From contig CP070695.1 of assembly GCA_020353515.1 (NCBI GenBank), positions 1,399,637-1,463,636 on the forward strand: DNA of 64,000 bases, in the 5' to 3' direction. Under the pieces are notes generated by a model that saw only the letters and a program-made list of their open reading frames with translations, ran no database searches and was not told the DNA's origin. Made by a program: the position numbers and the translations under genes. Source of the DNA: Candidatus Heimdallarchaeota archaeon. GTDB taxonomy: Archaea; Asgardarchaeota; Heimdallarchaeia; Hodarchaeales; Hodarchaeaceae. Positions within the stretch are counted from its first letter, which is position 1. Each line of letters starts with the position of its first letter. Below are positions 48,907-58,332 of this stretch, in pieces.

Positions 48907-50862
48907 ATGAATAAGTCTCAATTTAGATTACTAATGGTTTTATCAATTTTCTTACTATTTGTCAATCCTTTTTCATTATCAAATGGAAAATATTCTAATC
49001 CTAATAAGATAGATGCAGAAAGCAATCCTCCTACGGTGATGATTATTAATCCAGCTCAAACAACTGTGGGAGATACTGTTACAATTCATTTTGATGCAAC
49101 TGATGAAAGTAGGATTGTTGATTTTGAAGTACAGATCGATAGTGTTGCAGTAAATCGTGACAATATAATTCGAAAAGACAATTACTTCATATATTATTGG
49201 GATACGGATGCTGAGACTGCTGGGTCACATAATCTGAAAACCCGAGTAAAAGATGAGTTTGATAATTGGGGAGAAGCAGACATGACAGTTACTGTTGATA
49301 AAACGTATGAATCGGGTGTCATAAAAATTTTGAATTGGAATATCGATGGGAATCGTCAAGATGACAAACGATGGATTCCAGTTGCAAAAGCAGAAAATGC
49401 TGATATCATGTTTCTAGATGAGATCGGCCCTTGGACTGATACTCCAAGTATGTTCACCAACTCTTTAAATGAATTAAATGATTTCTTTTCAGACGAGGAA
49501 CCTTACGCTGCAGAGTATGAATCGAGTGGGAGGATTGTAGAAGGTCATTCTATTTGGAGTCGTTTTCCTATTGTTGATATAGAAAATTTTGAACATGGAG
49601 TTTTTGACAATGGTACAGATTATGAGCTATATAGGGACGCTCTTCACGCTATCATCGAAATAGGGGAAACTTATGTTCATTTTGTTGGTGTCCATCTGAA
49701 GTGCTGTGATAATTTTGATATAGTCCGAGAAAATGATATGGAAGCTCTAATCAACTTTATTGACTCTCTAGGCCCCGTTCCAGTGATATTCTTAGGGGAT
49801 TTTAACACTTTTTCCCCTTATGATGTTGGTGATGTCGCTCCAAATCCTGGAACCAATTTAGGTGCCAACTTAGGAATTGGTCCAATAACATTTCTATTAA
49901 ATCAGTCTCACCCTCTGGCTCCCAAAAATCATACTTGGATCGATGTATTTCGTGAATTAGATCCTCATAATCCTGGATTCACTTGGTATGATGATCAATA
50001 TAAAAGCAGAATCGACCATATTTTTGTAAATGAATTTTTCTTTGATAAATTGATCAATACAACTGTTTTTGATACCCCCGCCGAACAAGGTGTCTTCCTT
50101 AGCTCAGATCACCGTTCTCTAGACGTTTTCATAAACATGGATGCATCAACAACTGACCTACGCCCCCCAACGAGGGTTCACAAGGTTACAGGGACATTGG
50201 TTGATGCTACAGGAGTTGATTTAACATGGGCTCCAAACAATGAATCAGACTTTTCACATTACAACGTTTATCGAAATGAATCATTAATGTCTCAAGAGCT
50301 TACGAATCAATATGAAGATGAGAACTTAATATCATATACATACTATTATTACCATGTTTCAGCTACTGATACCACTAATAACGAGGGATTCAAATCGTTC
50401 CCAATAATAGTGAACACAGCTTATGGAATCTGTAAAAAGCCAAATGCTCCTATAGTTCAAGGATCTGGAGCTAAGGGGAAAATTACTTTAACTTGGGAAG
50501 TGAATGATACTGGTGGGCTCCCTATCTTAGCCTATGCCATCAAACGACGGTATTATGACCCAGCAATTAAAATGGAAGCTGATTTTCCAAGAGGACGGGT
50601 ACTTGGTAATGAAACAACTTTCATAGATCCAATGGTAGTCAGTGGAAGGACATATAGATATCTCGTTATAGCTATAAACGAATTGGGAGAAAGCGAAGTT
50701 TCTAATATAGTGGAGGTCACAGTAGAAGAAGCTCCACCAACAACTACAGAAAAAACTATTGATCAAGAAGCTACACCCTTCAGTATAAGTTCTTTATTCC
50801 TTGGATTAGTCTTTATTGTACTAGTAGCTGGGAATTTTCGACGAAGACATCATAAAAACTAG
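48907..50862 (+). CDS. Surface-anchored endonuclease/exonuclease/phosphatase (EEP) protein with Ig-like and two FN3 domains
   Basis: Signal peptide; WDT..GSH Ig domain; LNWNI, FLDE, HLKCC, GDFN, RIDH, SDH catalytic motifs; FN3 (LTW..YNVYR, YRY..AINELGES); TPFS + TM + RRR. Confidence 0.88.
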   Translation: MNKSQFRLLMVLSIFLLFVNPFSLSNGKYSNPNKIDAESNPPTVMIINPAQTTVGDTVTIHFDATDESRIVDFEVQIDSVAVNRDNIIRKDNYFIYYWDTDAETAGSHNLKTRVKDEFDNWGEADMTVTVDKTYESGVIKILNWNIDGNRQDDKRWIPVAKAENADIMFLDEIGPWTDTPSMFTNSLNELNDFFSDEEPYAAEYESSGRIVEGHSIWSRFPIVDIENFEHGVFDNGTDYELYRDALHAIIEIGETYVHFVGVHLKCCDNFDIVRENDMEALINFIDSLGPVPVIFLGDFNTFSPYDVGDVAPNPGTNLGANLGIGPITFLLNQSHPLAPKNHTWIDVFRELDPHNPGFTWYDDQYKSRIDHIFVNEFFFDKLINTTVFDTPAEQGVFLSSDHRSLDVFINMDASTTDLRPPTRVHKVTGTLVDATGVDLTWAPNNESDFSHYNVYRNESLMSQELTNQYEDENLISYTYYYYHVSATDTTNNEGFKSFPIIVNTAYGICKKPNAPIVQGSGAKGKITLTWEVNDTGGLPILAYAIKRRYYDPAIKMEADFPRGRVLGNETTFIDPMVVSGRTYRYLVIAINELGESEVSNIVEVTVEEAPPTTTEKTIDQEATPFSISSLFLGLVFIVLVAGNFRRRHHKN

Positions 50863-51073
50863 TTTTATCTCTGAATAGCAATATTATTTAAAAAGAGGGA
50901 GAAATTCTTTTTTACATTAGAAATTAGTAATGCTAGTGAAGACAACACTTTTGAGATAATTTCTTAAAATTGTCTGTGTGATGAGAACGACGGTCTCCCG
51001 AGATCTGTGAATCAAATTAATTTGATTCTTAGGATTAATGACGAGAGTTGCACTTACTGACATATAAGAATTT

Positions 51074-52006
51074 ATGGGTCTAATCATGCCATTAACAATA
51101 TTAGAATTCTTTCGAGAGCTCACTCCATTTGATTTCAGGATACTCTCTGTTATTGAGGTATTAATGGCAAGACATGAAATAGTGCCCACGGAGGAGATTG
51201 CAGCCTATTTGCATTATACAGAGAAGAAAGTACAAAAGGCTTTGAATAGACTCCTTAATTATAAACTCATTTTCCTTGCCCAACGCCATTATCAGGGAGC
51301 CGCATTAACATTCTCTGGATATGACGCTTTAGCATTAAAAGCCTTAGTTGAAAAAGGAACTATTGATCAAATTGGCCCAGAGGTTGGGGCGGGGAAAGAA
51401 AGTGATATCCGTTTAGCTGTAGATGATGAGGGAAATGAATTCATAGTAAAGACGCATAGATTGGGCAAATTGGATTTTCGAGCAACTAAACGGGCTCGAG
51501 CTTTTATTGCAGAGAAGAGTCATACTTCTCCCCTTTATGAGAGTCGTTTGTCAGCAGAGCGAGAGTTTAAAGCTCTTAGTGAACTTTTCAAAGCAGGAGT
51601 GAGTGTTCCAAATCCAATAGCTCAAAATCGACATGTTGTTGCAATGCATATCATAATTGGCCAGGATTTATATAGAATTAAAAAGAATGAATTTCAATCA
51701 GACGAAGAAATATTAACATTGTTTAACAACATAATACTTGAAATGCAGAAAGCAGTGAAACAAGGTTACATTCATGGTGATTTAAGCGAGTATAATATTC
51801 GTTTGAATGAAGAAAATTACCCAGTCTTTTTTGATTGGCCCCAATATATTGAAACTGAGTCTGAACAGGCTGAGAGAATATTGACTAGAGATTTGAGTAA
51901 TATTCTTAACTATTTCAAGAAAAAATTCCAAATGACAGTCAAGACAAATCTATCAGAGTTATTACTGAAATATTTTGATAACTGGGAGTTCCAATCGGTT
52001 TTGTGA
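51074..52006 (+). CDS. rio2: RIO2-type atypical Ser kinase with N-terminal wHTH
   Basis: DFRILSVIE, LTFSGYDALAL, GAGKESD, KTHRLG, SAEREF, HGDLSEYNI, DWPQ. Confidence 0.92.
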   Translation: MGLIMPLTILEFFRELTPFDFRILSVIEVLMARHEIVPTEEIAAYLHYTEKKVQKALNRLLNYKLIFLAQRHYQGAALTFSGYDALALKALVEKGTIDQIGPEVGAGKESDIRLAVDDEGNEFIVKTHRLGKLDFRATKRARAFIAEKSHTSPLYESRLSAEREFKALSELFKAGVSVPNPIAQNRHVVAMHIIIGQDLYRIKKNEFQSDEEILTLFNNIILEMQKAVKQGYIHGDLSEYNIRLNEENYPVFFDWPQYIETESEQAERILTRDLSNILNYFKKKFQMTVKTNLSELLLKYFDNWEFQSVL

Positions 52007-54207
52007 TTATGCCAGAATCATCTGTTATTTTTGGATTAGATATACTAGCTCGATCTAATAGGCCTAGTAAGGGGTCTATCTTTTCACTTGTTGTTTTAAC
52101 ACGAGAACGTATAGATAAATATCTTAAAATCAATAGAAGAACATTATTTAATAAGATTGAAGATTTAAAGCCTGATTACATCGCCATGGATAACATCTTT
52201 GAGTTATCACCTAGCGCAAAAGGCATTACACGATTTCTCCAGAAAATTCCCCCACAAACAATGCTAGTTCAAGTTACAGGATCTCCACGGAGCGGGATGG
52301 AGAAGATCACTACACTTATTCGAAAGCATAGGTTGAAGAAAGAACTAAGTTTTCCTTTTGGTTCTCAGAAAATGAATTCTCTAGAAACAGCAGAGGTTTG
52401 TGCCCGCTTATGTCAAAAACATATTGGATATGAGATACTGGCTTTTGAAGAAGAGATTAGAATCCGTGTGTCTAAGAAGAAAAGTCATGGACGAGGTGGT
52501 TGGTCAGCTCCACGTTATGAGCGGATCAGTCGTGCTGCTGTCACACAAGCGGGGAATGAAGTCGAATCGATTTTACGTAGAAAAAGTACTACGTGGGACG
52601 TGTTTGAATATCCTCAACGAAGAGTTTACATTGTTCAACTTGAAAAAAATTTGATTTCCGAAATTCAAACTCTGATTAAACCGCTGACAACTGAGCTTGT
52701 ACGAGTGACATTAGAACGAATATCGAAATCAAACCTTGATTTTCAACCCCTTGATGTTGACATTGCACCAACAAGCCTCTCTCTTAGAAATATCATATTA
52801 GGAGTTGATCCTGGCACAACTACTGGAATAGCTGTCATAGATTTGATGAAAGGGAATTTATTATACTTAAATTCTAAACGGGAGTGTGGTATCTCAACAA
52901 TTATTAGAACTGCGTCAAAATTTGGAAAGATATGTTGTGTTGCGGCTGATGTGATCCCCATCCCTGCAGCAGTTGAAAAAATCGCAAAAATTACTGGTGC
53001 TAAATTGATAGCTCCTACTGTTCTGGTATCAGCGGCTGCTAAAAGAGAATATTTGTATGATTACAGAGATAAAACAGTTAATTATAGTCACCTGAATTCA
53101 CATGAGAGGGATGCACTTTTTGGAGCAATTAAGGCGTTTAATTCGCTGAAAGAGCAGCTTACTAAGATAAATCAGACAGTTAGAGGTTCTCATCCAGAAT
53201 TAGTGCCAAAACTTCCTGAAATTCAAAGACTTGTAATATCAGGAAACAGTATTTCCAACGCAATTGAGATGATTCAAGGGAAAGTTAGGGTTCAAAAAAG
53301 TCTTGTTCCAGAAGAAGAACCAGATCAGCTGACTTTATCATTAAAACACGAGAATGAAATACTACAAACAAAAATTGAGGCAATTTATGAAGAAATGGAT
53401 AAACTAGACCAAGAAGCCGCGTTCTGGCGAAAGCAAGCCCGCGAAAAAACGGTCAGGATAAAAGAATGGAAGGATAAATATGAGCAAGAACGATTAAAAC
53501 GCTCCAATCAGATGCAAAAAAGAATTAGCGAGGCTGTAGAGCGGGAAGTAGGTCGAATACAGGAAGAAAATCAAGAAATTCGGCGAATATTACGTCAAAA
53601 CCAACAAGAAATGGAAAAACTCAAACAAATTCGAAACTTCTGGGTACAGGGACGGGAAATACCATTAAAAGTTATGAATTCGTTTACTGATTCTGCTATA
53701 AGAGAAACAGAAGAAAATTATGGTCTAAATGAGGGAGATCTAGTTTTAGTTCTTGATCCAAGCGGTGGAGGGGCTCAAACAGCTCAAAAAATGATTGATA
53801 TTGGCATTAAAGGCATAATTGTTCCGGAAAAAGCCGCCAAATTCTCAGACCAGGCGATTAATCAATTTCGAGATAATTGTGTTCCATGTCTTTACCTACC
53901 TCTCAAAGATTTTTCTGAGAGAACAAGGATCTTAGATCCATCAAAACTTGAATTATGGGTTTATGATGGTCTCTACTTAACTGATATCGGGATCAAGGAA
54001 GAAATTAGAAAGAAAGAACTGAAACTTCGTGAAATTCTCCGCCAAAAAAGAATTGCTATAAGTAAAAAGGTTAAACGATCATCTAAACCACAATTAAGTA
54101 ATGAATTCGATATTGATAAAATTCTAAATGATTTCAAAGACGATTATAAGGCACAATATTTTCCAGATCTTGATGACAGAACCAAATCTTCAGCAGAAGA
54201 AGAATGA
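52003..54207 (+). CDS. DUF460 / COG2433 protein (RNase H-like domain + long coiled coil)
   Basis: IFGLDI, AMDNIFEL, LVQVTG, GRGGWS..RY.R, GVDPGTTTG, HERDAL, DPSGGG. Confidence 0.85.
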   Translation: MIMPESSVIFGLDILARSNRPSKGSIFSLVVLTRERIDKYLKINRRTLFNKIEDLKPDYIAMDNIFELSPSAKGITRFLQKIPPQTMLVQVTGSPRSGMEKITTLIRKHRLKKELSFPFGSQKMNSLETAEVCARLCQKHIGYEILAFEEEIRIRVSKKKSHGRGGWSAPRYERISRAAVTQAGNEVESILRRKSTTWDVFEYPQRRVYIVQLEKNLISEIQTLIKPLTTELVRVTLERISKSNLDFQPLDVDIAPTSLSLRNIILGVDPGTTTGIAVIDLMKGNLLYLNSKRECGISTIIRTASKFGKICCVAADVIPIPAAVEKIAKITGAKLIAPTVLVSAAAKREYLYDYRDKTVNYSHLNSHERDALFGAIKAFNSLKEQLTKINQTVRGSHPELVPKLPEIQRLVISGNSISNAIEMIQGKVRVQKSLVPEEEPDQLTLSLKHENEILQTKIEAIYEEMDKLDQEAAFWRKQAREKTVRIKEWKDKYEQERLKRSNQMQKRISEAVEREVGRIQEENQEIRRILRQNQQEMEKLKQIRNFWVQGREIPLKVMNSFTDSAIRETEENYGLNEGDLVLVLDPSGGGAQTAQKMIDIGIKGIIVPEKAAKFSDQAINQFRDNCVPCLYLPLKDFSERTRILDPSKLELWVYDGLYLTDIGIKEEIRKKELKLREILRQKRIAISKKVKRSSKPQLSNEFDIDKILNDFKDDYKAQYFPDLDDRTKSSAEEE

Positions 54208-54314
54208 CAACTCATTATCATGATCTTAATAAAGAAAAATTTTTAGAATTAATATTTAAAACGACTGAATTAAAGGAATTTTTATCATTTATGCTTCAAA
54301 GAGGAAATATAACG

Positions 54315-54533
54315 ATGTCACAGCCATTGCAAACGTTAGAAAAATCTGTGGGGAAAGTAATTACGGTCCAACTAAAAAGTAATCAGCAATACACTGGACG
54401 TCTCCGAATCACAGACCAATATATGAACCTGATTTTGGAAGACTGTTCTGAAGTTGAAGATGGGAAAATTAGCAAGCGTTATGGACAAGCGTTTCTTAGA
54501 GGAAATAATATTCTTTTCATAAAAATAGAATAA
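54315..54533 (+). CDS. Sm-like (Lsm/SmAP) RNA-binding protein
   Basis: PLQTLEKSVGKVITVQLK..YTGRL..DQYMNLIL (Sm1), FLRGNNI (Sm2); AGAGGA before ATG 54315 (track 54204). Confidence 0.9.
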   Translation: MSQPLQTLEKSVGKVITVQLKSNQQYTGRLRITDQYMNLILEDCSEVEDGKISKRYGQAFLRGNNILFIKIE

Positions 54534-54619
54534 ATAATTAATAGTCCTCAATATAGAAGGATTGACAAATCAGAACTAGAGTGAAAATCACTCTACCTCA
54601 TATAGATGTGTGAATTTTT

Positions 54620-55339
54620 ATGAGTAGGGCATTGATTCCAATTGGTGTGCCAGTTATAGATGAATTCATAACTGGTATTCCACGGGATACTCTTATTCTG
54701 ATATTAGGCGATCCTGGATCAGGGTTCATCACATTTATGCATCAGCTGTTAGTTACACGTGCGAGAAGTGGTGTTCCTGCTATTTACACTTCACTAGATA
54801 AACCAGAAAGTGAAATTCGGCATGATTTGGCTACTTTTGGATGGAAACTCGATAAACTAACTTGGCAATTCAATGATCTAAGTCCATTTACACGAAAACG
54901 AGAGGCGCGAACTCTTCAGTGGGAAGGAGACGCTGTGAATATCGTCTCTCATAATTTATTTCGAAAAATATTAGAATTCAAGGAAGCCCGGGGAATTACT
55001 GCTTTTGATTCCGTGGTTAATACAGTAACTTACATGCTCATTCAGTCTTCTTTAAAGTCAGTTTTGCGTTTTCTAAATGAATACTCTACGGCGATAAAAG
55101 GTACAAATGGTTGGCACTTCCTCACAATGGTACGAGGTGTTCATGGGATTGATGTTGAAAATATCTTTTCTCATTATAGTGATGTGGTTTTAGAGTTTGC
55201 ATTGACTCTTAATACAGAGACAAGATTATATGAGAGGGTGTTAGGAATTAAAAAATTGTTAGGTGTTGATTCTCGAGTATTTCCTATTGAATTTGATAGA
55301 CATGGGATAAGACCAATAACTACCTCGAAGATTCAATGA
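54620..55339 (+). CDS. KaiC/RAD55-like RecA-fold protein, degenerate Walker motifs
   Basis: IPIGVPVIDE..GIP..LILILGDPGSG, YSDVVLEF, FDRHGIR; Walker A lacks Lys (GSGFIT). Confidence 0.75.
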   Translation: MSRALIPIGVPVIDEFITGIPRDTLILILGDPGSGFITFMHQLLVTRARSGVPAIYTSLDKPESEIRHDLATFGWKLDKLTWQFNDLSPFTRKREARTLQWEGDAVNIVSHNLFRKILEFKEARGITAFDSVVNTVTYMLIQSSLKSVLRFLNEYSTAIKGTNGWHFLTMVRGVHGIDVENIFSHYSDVVLEFALTLNTETRLYERVLGIKKLLGVDSRVFPIEFDRHGIRPITTSKIQ

Positions 55340-56294
55340 TCTGAGCTCTAATTATATTTTGACGAAGATCGATCATATCCTCTAAGATTTTCTCAGGTGT
55401 TTTTCTAAATTCAAGGAATAAAGATGTGACACTTGTAGCAAATGCAGCTGCATCAAGTTCATTTTGAAATGCCATTAAATGGGTAATGAAACAAAAAAGG
55501 AATATATCTCCTGCTCCTGTTTCATCAACAATTATACCTTCTGTGTAAGCAGGGACATCAAATATACAAATATCTTTCTGGCTTTTATATCCCAATATTG
55601 CACCGTTTCTTCCTCGAGTAAGAATTACAGAGGTGATTGGTGTTTCCAAAATCTTTTTTACAACTTCTATAGGAAGGATGCCAAGGCCTAAATATTTAGA
55701 TTCAATTTCAGATATCTGAAGACAGTCAACAATTTCCAGAATCCTAGAATCCCACCAATTGCGAAATTCTATCTTCCCTTCTGATGTGAGGTAACGAAAA
55801 CAGCCTTGAGGATCAAAAGCAATGTAAGAACACTTTTTTCTCAAGAAACTAAAGAGTTTAATGTCATTAAATTCATGAAAAGTGGATCCAATAATCACCA
55901 CTGGCGATTCTTTAAATTCCCAATTAAAATCTGTTGGATTAAACTGTACTGGGGGATCTTTTAAAGATAACATTCTTTCTTTTTTGTCACTTGGATATTC
56001 TAAGCGAAACTGAGGGCATTTGGGTTGTATTTTCAGATTATTCAAATTCATTTGATATTTTGGGTAATTTTTCAATAAAGAAATCGCTTTGGGGCAAGTA
56101 TAAGCGTAGATTAATGGTGGATAAATCCAAGAGTACATTTTTGAAAGAATTGCCCCTATAATTCCCGCAAAAGATGGAGGCCCTCCTATTGTTTGATTAG
56201 TTTGATTGTTAACTCGAGATCGGTTTTGGTCATTATGAATCACAGTATCTAATACCATTTGGCCAAGAGCTATGGTAGGTCTCCTATTTCTCAC
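55320..56294 (-). CDS. PfkB/ribokinase family kinase
   Basis: GQMVLD, IGGPP, FDPQG, LTRGRNGA, VDETGAGD. Confidence 0.85.
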   Translation of the reverse strand: MRNRRPTIALGQMVLDTVIHNDQNRSRVNNQTNQTIGGPPSFAGIIGAILSKMYSWIYPPLIYAYTCPKAISLLKNYPKYQMNLNNLKIQPKCPQFRLEYPSDKKERMLSLKDPPVQFNPTDFNWEFKESPVVIIGSTFHEFNDIKLFSFLRKKCSYIAFDPQGCFRYLTSEGKIEFRNWWDSRILEIVDCLQISEIESKYLGLGILPIEVVKKILETPITSVILTRGRNGAILGYKSQKDICIFDVPAYTEGIIVDETGAGDIFLFCFITHLMAFQNELDAAAFATSVTSLFLEFRKTPEKILEDMIDLRQNIIRAQIIESSR

Positions 56295-56466
56295 TTAAGT
56301 CAACTCACATAAATTAAGTAGAAAATACAGTAAGGTTTAAATTTTTGCTAAATGTTAAATCTATTATTCGAGAATGGGTATTGAATTAACCAGAAACCCT
56401 GTTCTATAAACCATATGGAATAATATGCTGTCTTAAGACTTTATGGGTTTCTTTGAAGGTGGAAAC

Positions 56467-56901
56467 ATGGCTTTTGCGCTTACAGTTGAACAAAAGAAGA
56501 AATTAATTAAATTATTACAAGAAATAGTTCGGTATGCAGATCTGGAAGCATTGGCGTTAGTCACCCGAACTGGGATGAGCGTTGCATTTTTCTCAGAGAA
56601 GGATGCCGATCCTGATTTATTCTCCGCGTTATCTGCAGCGGTACTGAGCACGGGTGGGATGGTTGTAGATAGAATGGATCATGGACATTTATGGGAAGTA
56701 TTGGTTCGTGGTGAGAAGGGTTACACCGTATTAAGTTCAGCCGAGGATTTTATCTTAATAGGAGCTTCTAACGAAGCCCACTCTTTAGGATTAGCGATTA
56801 GAGTACTCCGTAGATATTCGCGAAAAATACCAGAAATCTTCAAAGAAGAAGAAAAAGATATTTCAAGTCTGGTATCTGAACTTAAGGATTTACTAAGTTA
56901 G
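56467..56901 (+). CDS. Roadblock/LC7 domain protein
   Basis: ALALVTRTGM, FSALSAAVLSTG, L.EVLVRGEKGY, SLGL. Start MAFALT after GGTGG (track 56443). Confidence 0.85.
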   Translation: MAFALTVEQKKKLIKLLQEIVRYADLEALALVTRTGMSVAFFSEKDADPDLFSALSAAVLSTGGMVVDRMDHGHLWEVLVRGEKGYTVLSSAEDFILIGASNEAHSLGLAIRVLRRYSRKIPEIFKEEEKDISSLVSELKDLLS

Positions 56902-56936
56902 GCCCTAAAACTGGCTAATTAAAGGAATAATTTCTT

Positions 56937-57593
56937 TTGGTATCCCTTTTTCTCTTACTTTTTTCTTTGGACCTCTTATTTATAGCAGTTGTAAGTTCAT
57001 TAGATGGGTTCCTGCTGCTTATACTACTCATTCCTTGGACGCTTCTTATCTACATGGTTTTATGCTTCAAAGGTATACGCTTTTCAACAAATGATGAGCT
57101 TCAACAGCTAGCAGGTAGACTTTATTGGATTAGTCAAGGGATTTTTCAAAGTACAGTAATCGCTGTTATGAATATCATTCTAGGGATAATTATTGTCCCC
57201 GATTTGAGTTTAGCACAGTTTGAAAACAATTTTGGGATGTTTACCTCAGTTCTTGTTTTTTTGTTGTTACCTTTCCCTAGTTTTCTCATCTTGAATATGA
57301 AAAAAATGGATCAAGAACAATTATATAGCCTAATTTATCAGGAAATGGTTCAAAGGGGTGAGGCACCCGAATTCGTTGAATTAACATCTGAACTTCTCAC
57401 AATGAAAGAACGTTATACAGAGGAATACATAAATAGATTAACAAAAGTTCGAGATTATGTTTATCAATACATTCACCAAACTTTTCCTCAAATATCTCCC
57501 TATTTTCTTCAAGAACAGAACCACCATCTGAATCTAGAAAACTTAGCTTTTTTTATTACTAGGAATATAACTTCACTAGAGAAAGAGTTTTAG
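56937..57593 (+). CDS. Hypothetical membrane protein (about 4 TM + soluble tail)
   Basis: Four hydrophobic stretches in the first 120 aa. Confidence 0.6.
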   Translation: MVSLFLLLFSLDLLFIAVVSSLDGFLLLILLIPWTLLIYMVLCFKGIRFSTNDELQQLAGRLYWISQGIFQSTVIAVMNIILGIIIVPDLSLAQFENNFGMFTSVLVFLLLPFPSFLILNMKKMDQEQLYSLIYQEMVQRGEAPEFVELTSELLTMKERYTEEYINRLTKVRDYVYQYIHQTFPQISPYFLQEQNHHLNLENLAFFITRNITSLEKEF

Positions 57594-57815
57594 GCCAATT
57601 TTACAGTATATTCATGCTATTTGAAAGGGTTTTACTAAGGAAAAATAATCCATAAAGGTATCTAGTAAAGGAAAAACACATTTTATTTTCTAATGTAACG
57701 AAGAAGTGTAAAATGATATAGCTACATTATCAATGAATATTCTCATAAAAAATTAATTAATGCATTCTGAAAGCGTTAGTACAGAATTTTTTTGTTAAAA
57801 AATGAGGTTTCCTCT

Positions 57816-58091
57816 TTGGGTAAGAAACGTAAGTCTGGTGGGCGAAGCAAGGGCAAAAAAGGGACTCTTTCAAAGGTTCAATGTTCATCCTGCCGTCGAA
57901 TGATACCACGTGATAAAGCTAAACGAAAAACAAGTTATAAAGCTCTTGTTGATTTTACAATCGGAAAAGAACTACGGCAACAAGGTGCTCATGTCCCTCG
58001 TGTTCCATATGTAAGGTATTATTGTGTGTCATGTGCAATTCACAGACATCACGTGAAAATTCGCGCAGAAGACGAACGAAAAAGCCGCTAA
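57816..58091 (+). CDS. rps26e: 30S ribosomal protein S26e
   Basis: KKRKSGGRSKG, VQCSSC, PRDKAK, YCVSCAIH, VKIR; TTG start after GAGG (track 57792). Confidence 0.95.
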   Translation: MGKKRKSGGRSKGKKGTLSKVQCSSCRRMIPRDKAKRKTSYKALVDFTIGKELRQQGAHVPRVPYVRYYCVSCAIHRHHVKIRAEDERKSR

Positions 58092-58113
58092 AAAATTAAG
58101 ATAGCTGTGAGGT

Positions 58114-58233
58114 GGATCCGTGGCTCAGCCTGGATAGAGCGTCTGGCTTCGGAAGGTAAAACCTGTTCTTTCATTGAAAGTAATAATACCTGAAGTAACC
58201 AGAATGTCGTGGGTTCAAATCCCTCCGGATCCG
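58114..58233 (+). tRNA. tRNA-Arg(TCG) with 45-nt canonical-position intron (58153-58197)
   Basis: Acceptor GGATCCG/CGGATCC + G discriminator, D arm GCTC/GAGC, anticodon stem TCTGG/CCAGA with CT-TCG-G|A, T loop GTTCAAAT; no encoded CCA. Confidence 0.95.
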
Positions 58234-58332
58234 CTATACTCTAGGTAGAATCCATTTGGAGTAATCATCACTAGCAAAAAATGGGTTGAGCTAATAGGAA
58301 CTTGTTCCTACTAGATACTCTTACTCTAGTGA

